The translations under genes were made by a program, and so were the position numbers. Below the pieces are notes generated by a model that worked only from the letters and a program-made list of their open reading frames with translations, had not been told where the DNA came from and ran no database searches. A DNA stretch of 64,000 bases from Candidatus Nitrospinota bacterium M3_3B_026 (GTDB taxonomy: Bacteria > Nitrospinota_A > UBA7883 > JBPRGF01), in the NCBI GenBank assembly GCA_051418015.1, contig JBPRGF010000033.1, forward strand, positions 32,001 to 96,000. Reading direction: 5' to 3'. Of this stretch, positions 20,001-29,128 are shown one piece after another; the first letter of the stretch is position 1; every line of letters starts with the position of its first letter.

Positions 20001-20742
20001 GGTCGTCGGGAACCATGGAGAGGATTTTCAGCCTCCTGTCCCTGGCGGTTCCGGGATCGTCGTGAGTGCCCGCCGCCCGGAAGGCCAGGGCCGCCATCTC
20101 CTGGTCCCCGGGATCCCTTTCAACGGCTATGGCGAGGACGCGGTAGGCTTCTTCGCTCATGCCTTCCCGCAGCAAAGCGGCGGCGCCGTCCAGGACGCGC
20201 CACCTGACCGCGGCGCTCCATTCCGCCGAGCGGGCGAGCGCTGAGAGGAGTTTTTCAGCCGCTACGGCGTCCTTGACCCCTATGGCGTGGCGCGCCATCC
20301 TGTCAAGCCTCTCCGGGCCCAGGCTCTCCACGGGAAGTTTGTGGAGGACGCTTCGCAGTTTCTGCCTTGTCTTGAACACTTCTTCTCTTTCCTCCCCCGT
20401 TTCCTCGAGCAGGGCCGCCAGCAGGTCCGCGGACATCAGCGCCGCCTCCAGGAAATGCTCCCCCTCCTTATCCACGAGGGGCGCAAGGGCCCGGACGGCC
20501 TCCCTGCGCTCGCCCAGGGCCACGAGCTGTTTGGCGAGGACGAAACGCAGCCCCCGCTCCTCCGGTCTCGTCTCCACCCACAGCCTCAGGTATTCCGTCG
20601 CGGCCCTGTCCCTCTCCCCGGAGGACCTGATCTTTTCGATCGCGCCCCGATGCGGAAAAACCAGGTACAAAGCCACGCCGAGCGCCACGAGGAAAACTGC
20701 CAGCGGCAGGGGCTTCAGGAGCTGAACGCGTTTCCCGGCCAC
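17059..20742 (-). CDS. pelB: PelB (TPR repeats plus C-terminal beta-barrel porin)
   Basis: 1227 aa; long helical TPR-like region; C-terminal barrel ending GDDELSL...LRYTYRFGG; lies between pelA and pelC. Confidence 0.88.
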   Translation of the reverse strand: MAGKRVQLLKPLPLAVFLVALGVALYLVFPHRGAIEKIRSSGERDRAATEYLRLWVETRPEERGLRFVLAKQLVALGERREAVRALAPLVDKEGEHFLEAALMSADLLAALLEETGEEREEVFKTRQKLRSVLHKLPVESLGPERLDRMARHAIGVKDAVAAEKLLSALARSAEWSAAVRWRVLDGAAALLREGMSEEAYRVLAIAVERDPGDQEMAALAFRAAGTHDDPGTARDRRLKILSMVPDDPRLMDFKIGASLRGRLHDETFRLLELAARRDPENRPLVIMAMEEAAAGEKPETVKERRERIFALIPRTPGTARTRLDVALRYGMLKEAYNAANSLVEQNPGDRWARERLAEISRWIEKPREALEHYAWLAARGGEEDNVETMLALGRWFTDWETIARTLDAVAEIRTLSKEELGALGAAWENTGEAEKAAGALSAYIRRYPGERGAREVLASVLKHMGSLERALSVWEGIEERFGASAVTAAKRAELLWRMNRPGEAFGLLKNVDEEIKTGERYWALTAELSWIFEDNEQAARAYSELLALRPDDLNAMNRLVFIKREQGDHWKAIALGKEFWRKTSKPRFLLGAMNTANEISANDDLEKMLEEAVRHEEMFASSELYWILKASALKRKGRYDEALASHKRAIEVNPYSSRARRAMLSFLVETEDTARLREYLARWRRDASIDPSLWKLYASGYQLLGEADEALRWRWLYARRHFDDYFWLLSLAEDMDKAGMQEEAHRLREFVAFRMREKVPTALSDLSRTENRETAKAFAYLVNTLHSARLGEQVTSFILAHSEKDDDLDNFAVTWFLGHDRFDTARVWIKDRSIPRDRVPDWQRFVLALQGADLPELGRVYETGEDISLFDRVEADRLMARQGMAIRVARKAFLDTPHSWRNEPLLSQTAGLSAEQAPKASAAAESETLGELRLAKREAVAQRSRGDAIQTLTVKDTTLSADRKEMNLEGENEEREISFSAYRRLKRTSVRAQLGVNTRNGDSLPKAKLWGQYVFVERLRGEAAVSVNEVSSESPALRAAGLKDSVDLYLFNDITRWDYALARLTLHRYHDREGGRIGEGMTADVGVGTRLKRENPELALRLHGFATRNSLAARLPEYAAAILPDGYPIESVVPADFYSIGFGVSARKGDPGAVSAANGTMSYLLDVYFGMSWPSEAAFYSLRGSVGVKILGDDELSLSVWRSNNTNGIVDEPYQGIGLRYTYRFGG

Positions 20743-20799
20743 CTGACGCGCCTTGCCGCCTGTTTGATAATCATTTTGTCTGCGTTAGCCCTCTTTGCT

Positions 20800-23574
20800 T
20801 CACCGGCATTCAAGCCTCGCCTCGCCCGTGTCGCTGACGGGAAAACTGAAGGACTGGATCCCATCCGCCCCGCTGGACGCCAACTCTCCGCCGCGCCACG
20901 AGACCACGCAGCCTCCCGAAGCGCCGGCTATGGTCATCTTTACCGGTGAATGTCCCCTGAGCCGGAAATCGACAACGTTCCCTCTTTTTTCCCATTCGGC
21001 GATCCCGGCGTTGGAGGAGTGAAGATACGGGACTCCGTTAGGTTTCTTATCCACCAGGTAAAGGTAAGCCGGGCTCTTTCCCGTGAGGTGGACGTACCGG
21101 CCCTGGGGAATGTCGCGGAACCCGGCTATCCCCGTCGAGCGGGCGAAGTCCGGCCATCCGGCGTTCTTGTCCACGCGGATAGTTCGAAGGCTCCCGATGC
21201 CGGTTATCCTCCATCCGCCGTCCGGCGTCTCGGCCACGCCGGTGGTCAAGAACCCTTTCACTTTCTCCACGTACTCGCTCGCCCAGACTGGGAAGGTCTC
21301 CTGTTTTTCCACCCACTCGTAAACCTTGACAAGCGCCTTGAGGCTGGCCGTCTTCGCGCCTGAATAGAAGTGATAGTAGATATCAATGGGTTTCAGGCGG
21401 CGCGGCGAGCCGGTCAGCTCCAGCGTTTCTATAACCTTTTCGAAGCCATAGAACGGGCCCGTCCAGAGGTTCGTGTAGACGTTTTCGTTCATGATCGGCG
21501 CGTAGGTCTGGAAACGCTCCCCCACGGGCCTGCCTATCGCGGAGACCCTGGTGAAGGTGTCCCGGTTCCTGGTTATCGTCGTGCTCCCGCCGTTGATGTT
21601 GGCGAGGCCGAGTTCGTCGGCGAGTGCTACGGCGCGCTCGCCGGGCAGGGCGGCGCCAGTCCAGAGAAAAACCCTGACCTTTTTTCCCGGCGGCGCCAGC
21701 CGGGAGTTTATGTAGCCGACGGAGCCTTTTATCTCCCTTTCGATGTCAAGGGAGTAGCCGGGGATGTACAGGTTATACGTTTTGTCCTCTTCCCTTTCGC
21801 CGCCGCCCGAGCCGGGCCATATGAAAGGATGGCTGTATGAGTGGCTGGCGATCTCCACGTGGGGCATGGCGAAGATATCCCTCGCCGCCGCTTCGGCGCG
21901 GCCGGACGCCGCGGGATACAAGCCATATGGGGCCGTCTCGCCCTCGATTACGGAGACCGTGGCGGGATAGTCGTATCTGCTCAATATCCTGTCCCGGATC
22001 ACCTCTATCGCGAGAGGGCCGCCCGGCGCCTCGGAGGCGGTCACCGCGCCGTCGCCGTCGATATGGGTGAAAAGCAGCCGGCGCCCGTTTTCGGTGGTGA
22101 CGTCGGGGGCGAGGGGAGGGGGCGGAAGGGCCAGAGACAGGAACCGGAAGGGGTCTATTATCCATCTCGACGCTCTCTCGAGGGTCGGCATCAGGACGTA
22201 TGGGTTCAGCGCCGCGCCGCCCCATGGCCCGGTGAACACAACATCAAAAACCCTCCCTTCGGCGTCCCGGGTGGAAAAATGGCTTGCCGTCCGCTCACCG
22301 GACACCCGGTACCCGGCAAGCTCTCTCGTCCTGGGGATGATCGGCGCTTCGAACCCGGCCATGCCGCCGTTGTGGGCGACCGTGACCGGCTTCACTGGTT
22401 TCGAATTCACGGGGGTGACCCCGAGGCTTTTGAGCAGATCGTAGTCCGGCTCGAAACCGAGCGCCCCCAGCGCCGCCACCTTCACCCCGGATTCAACCTG
22501 CCGCCGGAACCAGTCGTGGTACCTCGCCGCGTCGGGAAGGCCGGGAGAGTGGAACCATGAGACAACGCCCGCGTACCGCCCTTTGAGCTCATACTCAGGC
22601 AGACTGTCCTCGACGTCGAGATATTCCACGACATAGCCCATGCTCTCAAGAGGCATGGCCAGCAGCCTGTGGGCGGAGCTGCTTGCGAGACTCTGGGCTT
22701 CCCGCCCGTTGTATAGGACCAGGACGCGCCTCGGGCGCGGCTCGATTGCGCCCACACCGGCGTAATCCAGGCCCGGCGTGGCTATCCAGGGGATGAAACC
22801 GTAGGACATGACACGCTTCGCCGCCTCCCGGGCAAGCTCGCGCCTCGAAGGCGGAAGGTAGTCTATGACTATCGCCGGGATTCCGTAAGCTTCCCTTACC
22901 TCGTCCAGCCTGGCCTTCAGCCACTTGAAATCCTCCTCCGGGACTTCCCTGTAGACCCTGTTCACCTGGTCCCAGCCGTAAAGCAGGGATTCGGCGGCCA
23001 CGGCGGCGGCGTGTTTGCCGGCCTTGTCGAGAATCTCGAAGCCCCTGTTGAATATGAGCTTGCCGCCGGGGAAGACGGCGTGGATCCGCTCGACAAGCTC
23101 CGCCAGCGCCTCCCGTTGCGCGGCGATCTGTTCCGGCTCCAGGGGCAGGGCCGTGTAGCTGTCCAGGGTGTCAAGGAAAAGACCGTCGAACCCGCGGTTT
23201 TTTATTTTCTCGGCCCGGTTCGTGACAAGCTCTATCCAGGCCGCGCTGGCCAGGTCGGGGATGTCGCTGTTCCATGCCTCGTTCGAGCCGATGAAAACGG
23301 ACGGGTCCACCTCGTCGCTCCACTCCTTGGAGCGGTCGGCCTCGCCCACGCTCAGGTAAGCGAACACGCTGGCGCCGGACGCTTTTATCCTTTCAAGCTC
23401 CTCCGCCGTGATGTTGTCGGCGTTCAGTACCACCCAATCGTACTGGGCCAGGATATCGGAGGGCGGGTTGGACGTGTAATAAAAAGCGACACTGGGGCCA
23501 GCCGCGGAAGCTGGTGGAACGAAAAGGAGCGCAACCAGCCCCGCGATCGTCCACAAGACGCCAACAGCCCGCAA
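20800..23574 (-). CDS. pelA: PelA bifunctional glycoside hydrolase / deacetylase
   Basis: Signal peptide; AYLSVGE, GLFLDTLDSY, NRGFE (hydrolase); PDVTTENGRR, HIDGDG, SHSYSHP, NENVYTNLW, YYHFYSG (deacetylase). Confidence 0.95.
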   Translation of the reverse strand: MRAVGVLWTIAGLVALLFVPPASAAGPSVAFYYTSNPPSDILAQYDWVVLNADNITAEELERIKASGASVFAYLSVGEADRSKEWSDEVDPSVFIGSNEAWNSDIPDLASAAWIELVTNRAEKIKNRGFDGLFLDTLDSYTALPLEPEQIAAQREALAELVERIHAVFPGGKLIFNRGFEILDKAGKHAAAVAAESLLYGWDQVNRVYREVPEEDFKWLKARLDEVREAYGIPAIVIDYLPPSRRELAREAAKRVMSYGFIPWIATPGLDYAGVGAIEPRPRRVLVLYNGREAQSLASSSAHRLLAMPLESMGYVVEYLDVEDSLPEYELKGRYAGVVSWFHSPGLPDAARYHDWFRRQVESGVKVAALGALGFEPDYDLLKSLGVTPVNSKPVKPVTVAHNGGMAGFEAPIIPRTRELAGYRVSGERTASHFSTRDAEGRVFDVVFTGPWGGAALNPYVLMPTLERASRWIIDPFRFLSLALPPPPLAPDVTTENGRRLLFTHIDGDGAVTASEAPGGPLAIEVIRDRILSRYDYPATVSVIEGETAPYGLYPAASGRAEAAARDIFAMPHVEIASHSYSHPFIWPGSGGGEREEDKTYNLYIPGYSLDIEREIKGSVGYINSRLAPPGKKVRVFLWTGAALPGERAVALADELGLANINGGSTTITRNRDTFTRVSAIGRPVGERFQTYAPIMNENVYTNLWTGPFYGFEKVIETLELTGSPRRLKPIDIYYHFYSGAKTASLKALVKVYEWVEKQETFPVWASEYVEKVKGFLTTGVAETPDGGWRITGIGSLRTIRVDKNAGWPDFARSTGIAGFRDIPQGRYVHLTGKSPAYLYLVDKKPNGVPYLHSSNAGIAEWEKRGNVVDFRLRGHSPVKMTIAGASGGCVVSWRGGELASSGADGIQSFSFPVSDTGEARLECR

Positions 23575-24008
23575 GAAGGCCTTTTTTTCTTTCCCCGAAT
23601 CCGGTTTTATTTGAAAATCTCCAGCAGCCTGTTTTTATAGCGGATCGCCATGGGAAGGCGACACGTCATTCCGGTGGCGGAGCGCTGCCAGCCGCCCATT
23701 CCTTCCGGCGCCGAGGTATCGGCTTAAAAGCAAGATTCACGTTTGTCCCCAAGCCCTGTAACATTAGATACTATATAAATTTAACTTTTGTCAAAAATTT
23801 CACTTGATTGAAAGTCCTGTAACAACAAAGATAACACGCGCCGGACGCCCGCGCCAAACAACACGCCGGTTCGCTACGCGAGACCTGGCGCTTGCGCCAA
23901 AGAGGAGTCCGCAGGCGAAAAGAGGTTTTTCTTTCCTGGTTTTACTGCCCATCACTCACCCTCCGTCGCCTGCGCGTAGCTTGAGGACAAGTGAGGACAA
24001 GAATCCCG

Positions 24009-24037
24009 TTTACAGAAACCTTTATCTTGTGTAGTGT
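24009..24037 (+). promoter_or_regulatory. Putative sigma70 promoter of the tRNA gene
   Basis: TTTACA-N17-TAGTGT about 20 bp upstream of the tRNA. Confidence 0.45.
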
Positions 24038-24058
24038 AAACTCTTGTGTATTAAAGCC

Positions 24059-24136
24059 GCGCCCGTAGCTCAGCCCGGATAGAGCGTCAGATTGCGGTTC
24101 TGAAGGTCACAGGTTCGAGTCCTGTCGGGCGCGCCA
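24059..24136 (+). tRNA. tRNA-Arg (anticodon GCG)
   Basis: Acceptor GCGCCCG/CGGGCGC + G + CCA; D arm TAGCTCAG..GGATAGAGC; anticodon stem TCAGA/TCTGA with loop TT-GCG-GT (24094-24096); T loop GGTTCGAGTCC. Confidence 0.96.
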
Positions 24137-24245
24137 ATTTTACAAAGACCGCCTGTTCGCGATTCCGCGAAAAACTGGAACAGTCGTTCTCCTCCACCTT
24201 CATGAAGCCGTCGTGGCTATTATGGAATCGACCCTCTCCTTTCGC

Positions 24246-24839
24246 TCAGCCCACCCTGGGGCCGCGCTTGGACAGGCCCGCCGTCAGCGCAAGCCGCATG
24301 GCGTCCTCCACGGGGATGTCCACCGGTTGAGTGCTGGAACGCGGCAGGTACAGCGTGTACCCCCCGACCTGGTAGCTCATGGGAAGGTAGACCGCCACGG
24401 TGTCGCCCTCACCGGCCAGCTCCTTTGGAGAATCCACCTTCTCGCGGGTCAGGAAGCCGATCATGCGCGCCTCGCCGATGGAGACCATGACGACGTTCTC
24501 CAGGCCGCCCTCCTGGGAGACGGAAAAGTAGTCCATGAAATCCCGCAACGCGCCGTAGATGGATTTGACCAGCGGGATCCTCTCCAGCATGGCCTCGCCC
24601 GTTTCGATCACCCGGCGGACGATCCATGCGTTGACCATCAGCCCCGCCGCGAACAGCGCCGCCATCCCGGCCAGCAGCCCCATGCCGGGGACATAGTATT
24701 CGTCGGGGACGGTGAAGGAGATCACGGGCCGCAGGATCCTCTCGAGCGAAACCCCAAGCCAGTAGATGAGGTAAAAGGTCAGCCCGACCGGCAGGATGGC
24801 GGCCAGGCCCTTCAGCAGTATGTTCCATACGGATCGCAT
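24246..24839 (-). CDS. DUF502 membrane protein
   Basis: LKGLAAILP, RIPLVKSIY, IGFLT, VAVYLPMSYQVGGY; start moved to ATG 24839. Confidence 0.85.
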   Translation of the reverse strand: MRSVWNILLKGLAAILPVGLTFYLIYWLGVSLERILRPVISFTVPDEYYVPGMGLLAGMAALFAAGLMVNAWIVRRVIETGEAMLERIPLVKSIYGALRDFMDYFSVSQEGGLENVVMVSIGEARMIGFLTREKVDSPKELAGEGDTVAVYLPMSYQVGGYTLYLPRSSTQPVDIPVEDAMRLALTAGLSKRGPRVG

Positions 24840-25048
24840 ATAGATGTCTCCCGTTCGTTTGCCGTTTAAGCGCGCCTGGCCGCATGGCCCAGGTCGCATA
24901 GTGAGATTTTACAGTGAACCCGGCGGGGAGCGCCAACCCGGCGCGCCGGGCGTGATAACATGTGCGCCATGAGCTTCGAGGCGGGCGCTGGACCTGCGCG
25001 CGCGGCGCATAATCTATGTGCGTTCCCGCGGAAGGGGGCTGGAGGATT

Positions 25049-27742
25049 ATGACTGAGCCGTACCTTGCGCAGGCGGAGAGCGTCCTAACCGAACACGGTG
25101 TCGAGCCCGGGCGCGGCCTCTCCGGCAAGGAGGCCCGCCGCCGACTGTCGCGCCACGGCCCGAACAGCCTGCGCCGCAAACCCCGCAGGTCGGCTTTTCG
25201 CATCCTGCTGGACCAGGTTGAAAGCCCGATGACCATGCTGCTCGCCGCGGCGGCCGGGGTCGCCCTGCTGATGGTGGACCTGGCCGAGGCGGCCGCCATC
25301 CTCGTGGTCATAGTCATAAACTCTGCTATAGGATTTTTCACCGAGCTGAAGGCCACCCGCTCCATGGAGGCCCTGTACAGCCTTGGGAAGGCGATGGCGC
25401 GCGTCCGCCGCGGCGGCCGGATACTTGAAATACCGGCGGAACGGCTGGTTCCTGGAGACATCGTGATAGTCGAGGGGGGAGACGTCGTCACGGCGGATAT
25501 GCGGCTTTTCCAGGCGTCGAGGCTCCAGGCCGACGAGTCCGCCTTGACAGGAGAGTCGGTCCCCGTCGGCAAGTCCATAGAGCCCGTGGAGGAGGGGGCG
25601 CCCCTGGCCGAGCGGTCCTGCATACTCTACAAAGGGACCGCCGTAACCCGCGGCTCCGGCGAGGGAGTCGTGACGGCGACGGGGCTTGCCTCCGAGCTCG
25701 GGAAGATATCATCGCTGGTGGAGAAGACCGGCGAGACCGCCACGCCGCTTGAGCGAAGGTTGGAGAGCTTCGGTAAAAAGCTTATCTGGGTCGCCTTGGG
25801 GCTGGCGGCCGCCCTGGCCGTTATCGGCGTGGCGGCGGGGCGCGAGACGGGGCTGATGCTGGAGACGGTGATAGCTCTGGCCGTCGCCGCCGTGCCGGAG
25901 GGGCTGCCTGTCGTGGCGACGATAGCCCTGGCGCGCGGGATGTGGCGCATGGCCCGCAGGAACGCTCTCATCAACCGTCTCTCCGCCGTCGAGACCCTCG
26001 GCGGGGTGGAGGTGATCCTCGTGGACAAGACAGGCACCCTTACGGAAAACCGGATGTCCGTGGCCCGGTTGTCGCTGCCATCCGGGGAATACGAGGCGAA
26101 GGATGGAAAATTCGAAAAAGGCGGTGAGACCGTGGATACCTCCGAAGGCGCGGCTCTGCGTGAGGCGCTGGAGATCGGGGCGCTTTGCAACAATGCCGAG
26201 TGGGGCGCGCAGGAGGAAGGCGGACGGCCCCGGGTGGTGGGAGACCCCCTGGAGGCGGCCCTGCTGGAGGCGGCCTCCTGGGCCGGGATAGACCGCGCCG
26301 GGCTCATCCGCGCCATGCCTGAGGAGCGGGAGGAGGCTTTCGACACGGCGGCGAGGATGATGGCGACGTTCCACCGGGCGGAGGGGGCGTTCCGCGTCGC
26401 CGTCAAGGGCGGGCCGGAGGAGGTCCTGGCCGCTAGCGCGAGGATCCGCGACGGAGAAGGCGAAAGGGCCCTCGGTGAGGACGAGCGAAGGGAATGGCTG
26501 GAGCGCAACGAGGCGATGGCGCGGGGTGGGCTGCGGGTGCTTGCCCTGGCCGCGAAGAACGTGGACGATGTCAACGCCGGGCCATACGACGATCTTGTGT
26601 TCCTGGGGCTTGTGGGGCTTGCGGATCCGCCTCGAAAAGGCGTCCGGGACGCGCTTGAAAAGTGCGGGACGGCCGGCGTCCGCGTCGTGATGGCGACGGG
26701 GGACCAGCCGGAGACGGCCCGCCATATAGCCCGTGCCGTGGGGCTGACGGACATGGAGGACGCCGCGGTAATCTCCGGCCGGGATATCCGGCCTCTTGAA
26801 AACCTTTCGGAGAAGGAGCGCGAGCGCCTGCGCGCCGCCTCGATCCTGGCGCGAGTCAGCCCGGAGCAGAAGCTCGACCTGGTTGACATCCACCAGCGGG
26901 GCGGGGCCACCGTCGCCATGACCGGCGACGGGGTGAACGACGCCCCGGCGCTGAAGAAGGCGGACATCGGCATAGCCATGGGGTTGCGGGGCACGCAGGT
27001 GGCCCGGGAGGCGGCGGACATGACGTTGAAAGACGACGCGTTCGAAAGCATCGTCGCCGCCATCGAGCAGGGGCGCGTCATATTCGACAACATACGCAAA
27101 TTCGTCCTCTACCTGCTCTCCTGCAACGTAAGCGAGGTGTTCGTCGTGGCGATCGCCACGGTGATGAACGCTCCGCTGCCCATTCTGCCGTTGCAGATTC
27201 TATTTCTGAACCTCGTGACGGACGTCTTCCCCGCGCTGGCCCTCGGCGTGGGCCCGGGCGACCCGGCTATCATGCGCCGCCCTCCCCGCCCGGCGGGGGA
27301 GGACATACTGACCCGCGGCCATTGGGCCGCCATCATGGGTTACGGGGCGCTCATAACCGCCGCCACGCTCGGCGCGTTCGCTTTCGCGCTGGCTCGGCCT
27401 GGGATGGATGAGTCCGGCGCCGTGACGGTGGCGTTTCTCACGCTGGCGTTTTCGCAGCTCTGGAACGTGTTCAACATGCGGTCGAAAGAGTCCGGCCTCT
27501 TTTTAAACGACATCACCCGCAATCCGTGGGTATGGGGCGCGCTGGGGCTCTGCGCCGCGCTGCTGGCCGCCGCCGTATACGTCCCGCGGCTGTCCGCCGC
27601 GTTGTCCGCCCCCCCGCCGGACGCCGTGGGCTGGCTTGCCGTGATGGGTTTTTCCGCCCTGCCCTTTATCCTCGGCCAGGGATGGATATTCCTTTCGGGA
27701 AGGCTTCGCCGTCCCGCCGCTCGCACCGCCGCGGGGCGCTGA
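25049..27742 (+). CDS. Cation (Ca2+-type, P2A) transporting P-type ATPase
   Basis: DESALTGES, AVPEGLP, DKTGTLTEN, DPPR, TGDGVNDAPAL, NLVTDVFPA; GGAGG RBS before ATG 25049. Confidence 0.93.
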   Translation: MTEPYLAQAESVLTEHGVEPGRGLSGKEARRRLSRHGPNSLRRKPRRSAFRILLDQVESPMTMLLAAAAGVALLMVDLAEAAAILVVIVINSAIGFFTELKATRSMEALYSLGKAMARVRRGGRILEIPAERLVPGDIVIVEGGDVVTADMRLFQASRLQADESALTGESVPVGKSIEPVEEGAPLAERSCILYKGTAVTRGSGEGVVTATGLASELGKISSLVEKTGETATPLERRLESFGKKLIWVALGLAAALAVIGVAAGRETGLMLETVIALAVAAVPEGLPVVATIALARGMWRMARRNALINRLSAVETLGGVEVILVDKTGTLTENRMSVARLSLPSGEYEAKDGKFEKGGETVDTSEGAALREALEIGALCNNAEWGAQEEGGRPRVVGDPLEAALLEAASWAGIDRAGLIRAMPEEREEAFDTAARMMATFHRAEGAFRVAVKGGPEEVLAASARIRDGEGERALGEDERREWLERNEAMARGGLRVLALAAKNVDDVNAGPYDDLVFLGLVGLADPPRKGVRDALEKCGTAGVRVVMATGDQPETARHIARAVGLTDMEDAAVISGRDIRPLENLSEKERERLRAASILARVSPEQKLDLVDIHQRGGATVAMTGDGVNDAPALKKADIGIAMGLRGTQVAREAADMTLKDDAFESIVAAIEQGRVIFDNIRKFVLYLLSCNVSEVFVVAIATVMNAPLPILPLQILFLNLVTDVFPALALGVGPGDPAIMRRPPRPAGEDILTRGHWAAIMGYGALITAATLGAFAFALARPGMDESGAVTVAFLTLAFSQLWNVFNMRSKESGLFLNDITRNPWVWGALGLCAALLAAAVYVPRLSAALSAPPPDAVGWLAVMGFSALPFILGQGWIFLSGRLRRPAARTAAGR

Positions 27743-27796
27743 TGTTATAAAAGCTGGCAAAAGAAATGATGTTTTATTAAACTGTGCCCCTCCGGG

Positions 27797-28879
27797 TTGA
27801 CCGGGTTCAACAAGTCTATCGAGTTCAAAGTGAGCGATATCGAAAACGCCGCCACGCCCGTCAAAGCGCTGGTTGTGGACGACGAGGTGATAACCTGCGA
27901 CCTCCTGTCGCGGTACCTCAGGAAGGAAGGCTACGAGGCCGAAGTGGTCAACGACGGCGTCGCCGCCGTGGAGCGGGTAAAGGAAGGCGGCGTGGACGTG
28001 GTCCTGCTGGATATCCGTATGCCCGGCCTGAGCGGCGTCGAGGCGCTGAAGGTGATAAGGAGCATCGACGAGGAGGTCGTGGTCATCATGCTGACGGCGG
28101 TAGACGACGTGGACACCGCCCTGGAGACCGTGCGGGAGGGCGCGGACGAGTACCTGAGAAAACCGCTGATGCTGCCGGACCTGAAGCGCGCCATAACAAC
28201 CGCCATGGAGAAAAAGAGGCTGCGGCGGGAGAACCAGGAGTACCAGAAACGGCTCGAGGACAAGGTGGCCGAGCAGACCTCCGAGCTGCGGGAGATGAAC
28301 GTCTACCTGAAAGAGTCGTGCGTAAAAATCGTGCGCGCGCTGTCGGAGGCGATAGAGGCCAAGGACCCTTATACGAAGGGCCATTGCCGCAGGGTCACGG
28401 AGCTTTCGCTGCGCCTTGGCGGACAGATCGGCCTTTCCGCCGAGGAGATGGAGGCGCTGGAGTACGGCGCGCTGCTCCACGATATCGGCAAGATCGGCGT
28501 GCGGGACTCCGTCCTGGGCAAGCCGGGGAGGCTGACCGAGGAGGAGTACGAGCACATCAAGCAACACCCCGTCATAGGCGACAGCATAGTCGGAGGTATA
28601 GACTATTTGAAGCTCGCCGCAAGCGTCATCAGGAATCACCACGAGCGATACGACGGGAAGGGGTATCCCGACGGGCTGGACGGATCCAAGCTCAGCGCCC
28701 TGCCGAAGATATTGGTCATAACCGACGCTTTCGACGCCATGACAAGCCCCCGCCCGTACCGCGGCGGGATGTCCACGGAGAGGGCGTTGTCTGTCCTGAG
28801 GGAGGAGAGCGGGGCGCAGTTCGACCCGGAGCTCGTGGAGCTTTTTATAGAGAAGAAGCTCTATAAGCTGGACGTCTGA
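27797..28879 (+). CDS. REC-HD-GYP cyclic-dinucleotide phosphodiesterase response regulator
   Basis: VVDDE, LLDIRMP, KP; GHCRRV, HDIGKIG, HP, HHERYDGKGYPDGL, DAFDAMTSPRPYR. Confidence 0.92.
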   Translation: MTGFNKSIEFKVSDIENAATPVKALVVDDEVITCDLLSRYLRKEGYEAEVVNDGVAAVERVKEGGVDVVLLDIRMPGLSGVEALKVIRSIDEEVVVIMLTAVDDVDTALETVREGADEYLRKPLMLPDLKRAITTAMEKKRLRRENQEYQKRLEDKVAEQTSELREMNVYLKESCVKIVRALSEAIEAKDPYTKGHCRRVTELSLRLGGQIGLSAEEMEALEYGALLHDIGKIGVRDSVLGKPGRLTEEEYEHIKQHPVIGDSIVGGIDYLKLAASVIRNHHERYDGKGYPDGLDGSKLSALPKILVITDAFDAMTSPRPYRGGMSTERALSVLREESGAQFDPELVELFIEKKLYKLDV

Positions 28880-28932
28880 AAGACGGCTGCCTCGTGTTCC
28901 TGGCAACGCGCCGGTTTGGAAAAAACAAATCA

Positions 28933-28968
28933 AGATCCTTCAGTGCGCTCCGCTCGTTCAGGATGACG
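28933..28968 (-). repeat. Half-copy of GTCAT-type REP-like palindromic element
   Basis: Minus strand reads CGTCATCCTGAACGAGCGGAGCGCACTGAAGGATCT, the same architecture as the arms of the 61.3-61.9 kb elements. Confidence 0.55.
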
Positions 28969-29128
28969 AGAGTGGGGGGGGCCTGAAGGCGTCGGCGAAT
29001 AATTTCAAACTGACGCACAGCTTTGTTCCTCACGCCCGCCGCCGTGGTTTCGCGTCTGGCGCCTCCGCAAAGTTGGTGGAAATCTGATAATGTGTTGTCT
29101 CCACTTCGAGCAATTGCAGCCTGAAGAG

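Noticed and set aside
23575..24058. c-di-GMP-I/II riboswitch upstream of pelA
   Set aside because: Could not match the conserved GEMM elements by eye; needs an Infernal scan
24059..24250. tRNA as an integration site for a genomic island
   Set aside because: No integrase and no duplicated tRNA 3' end noticed in the window
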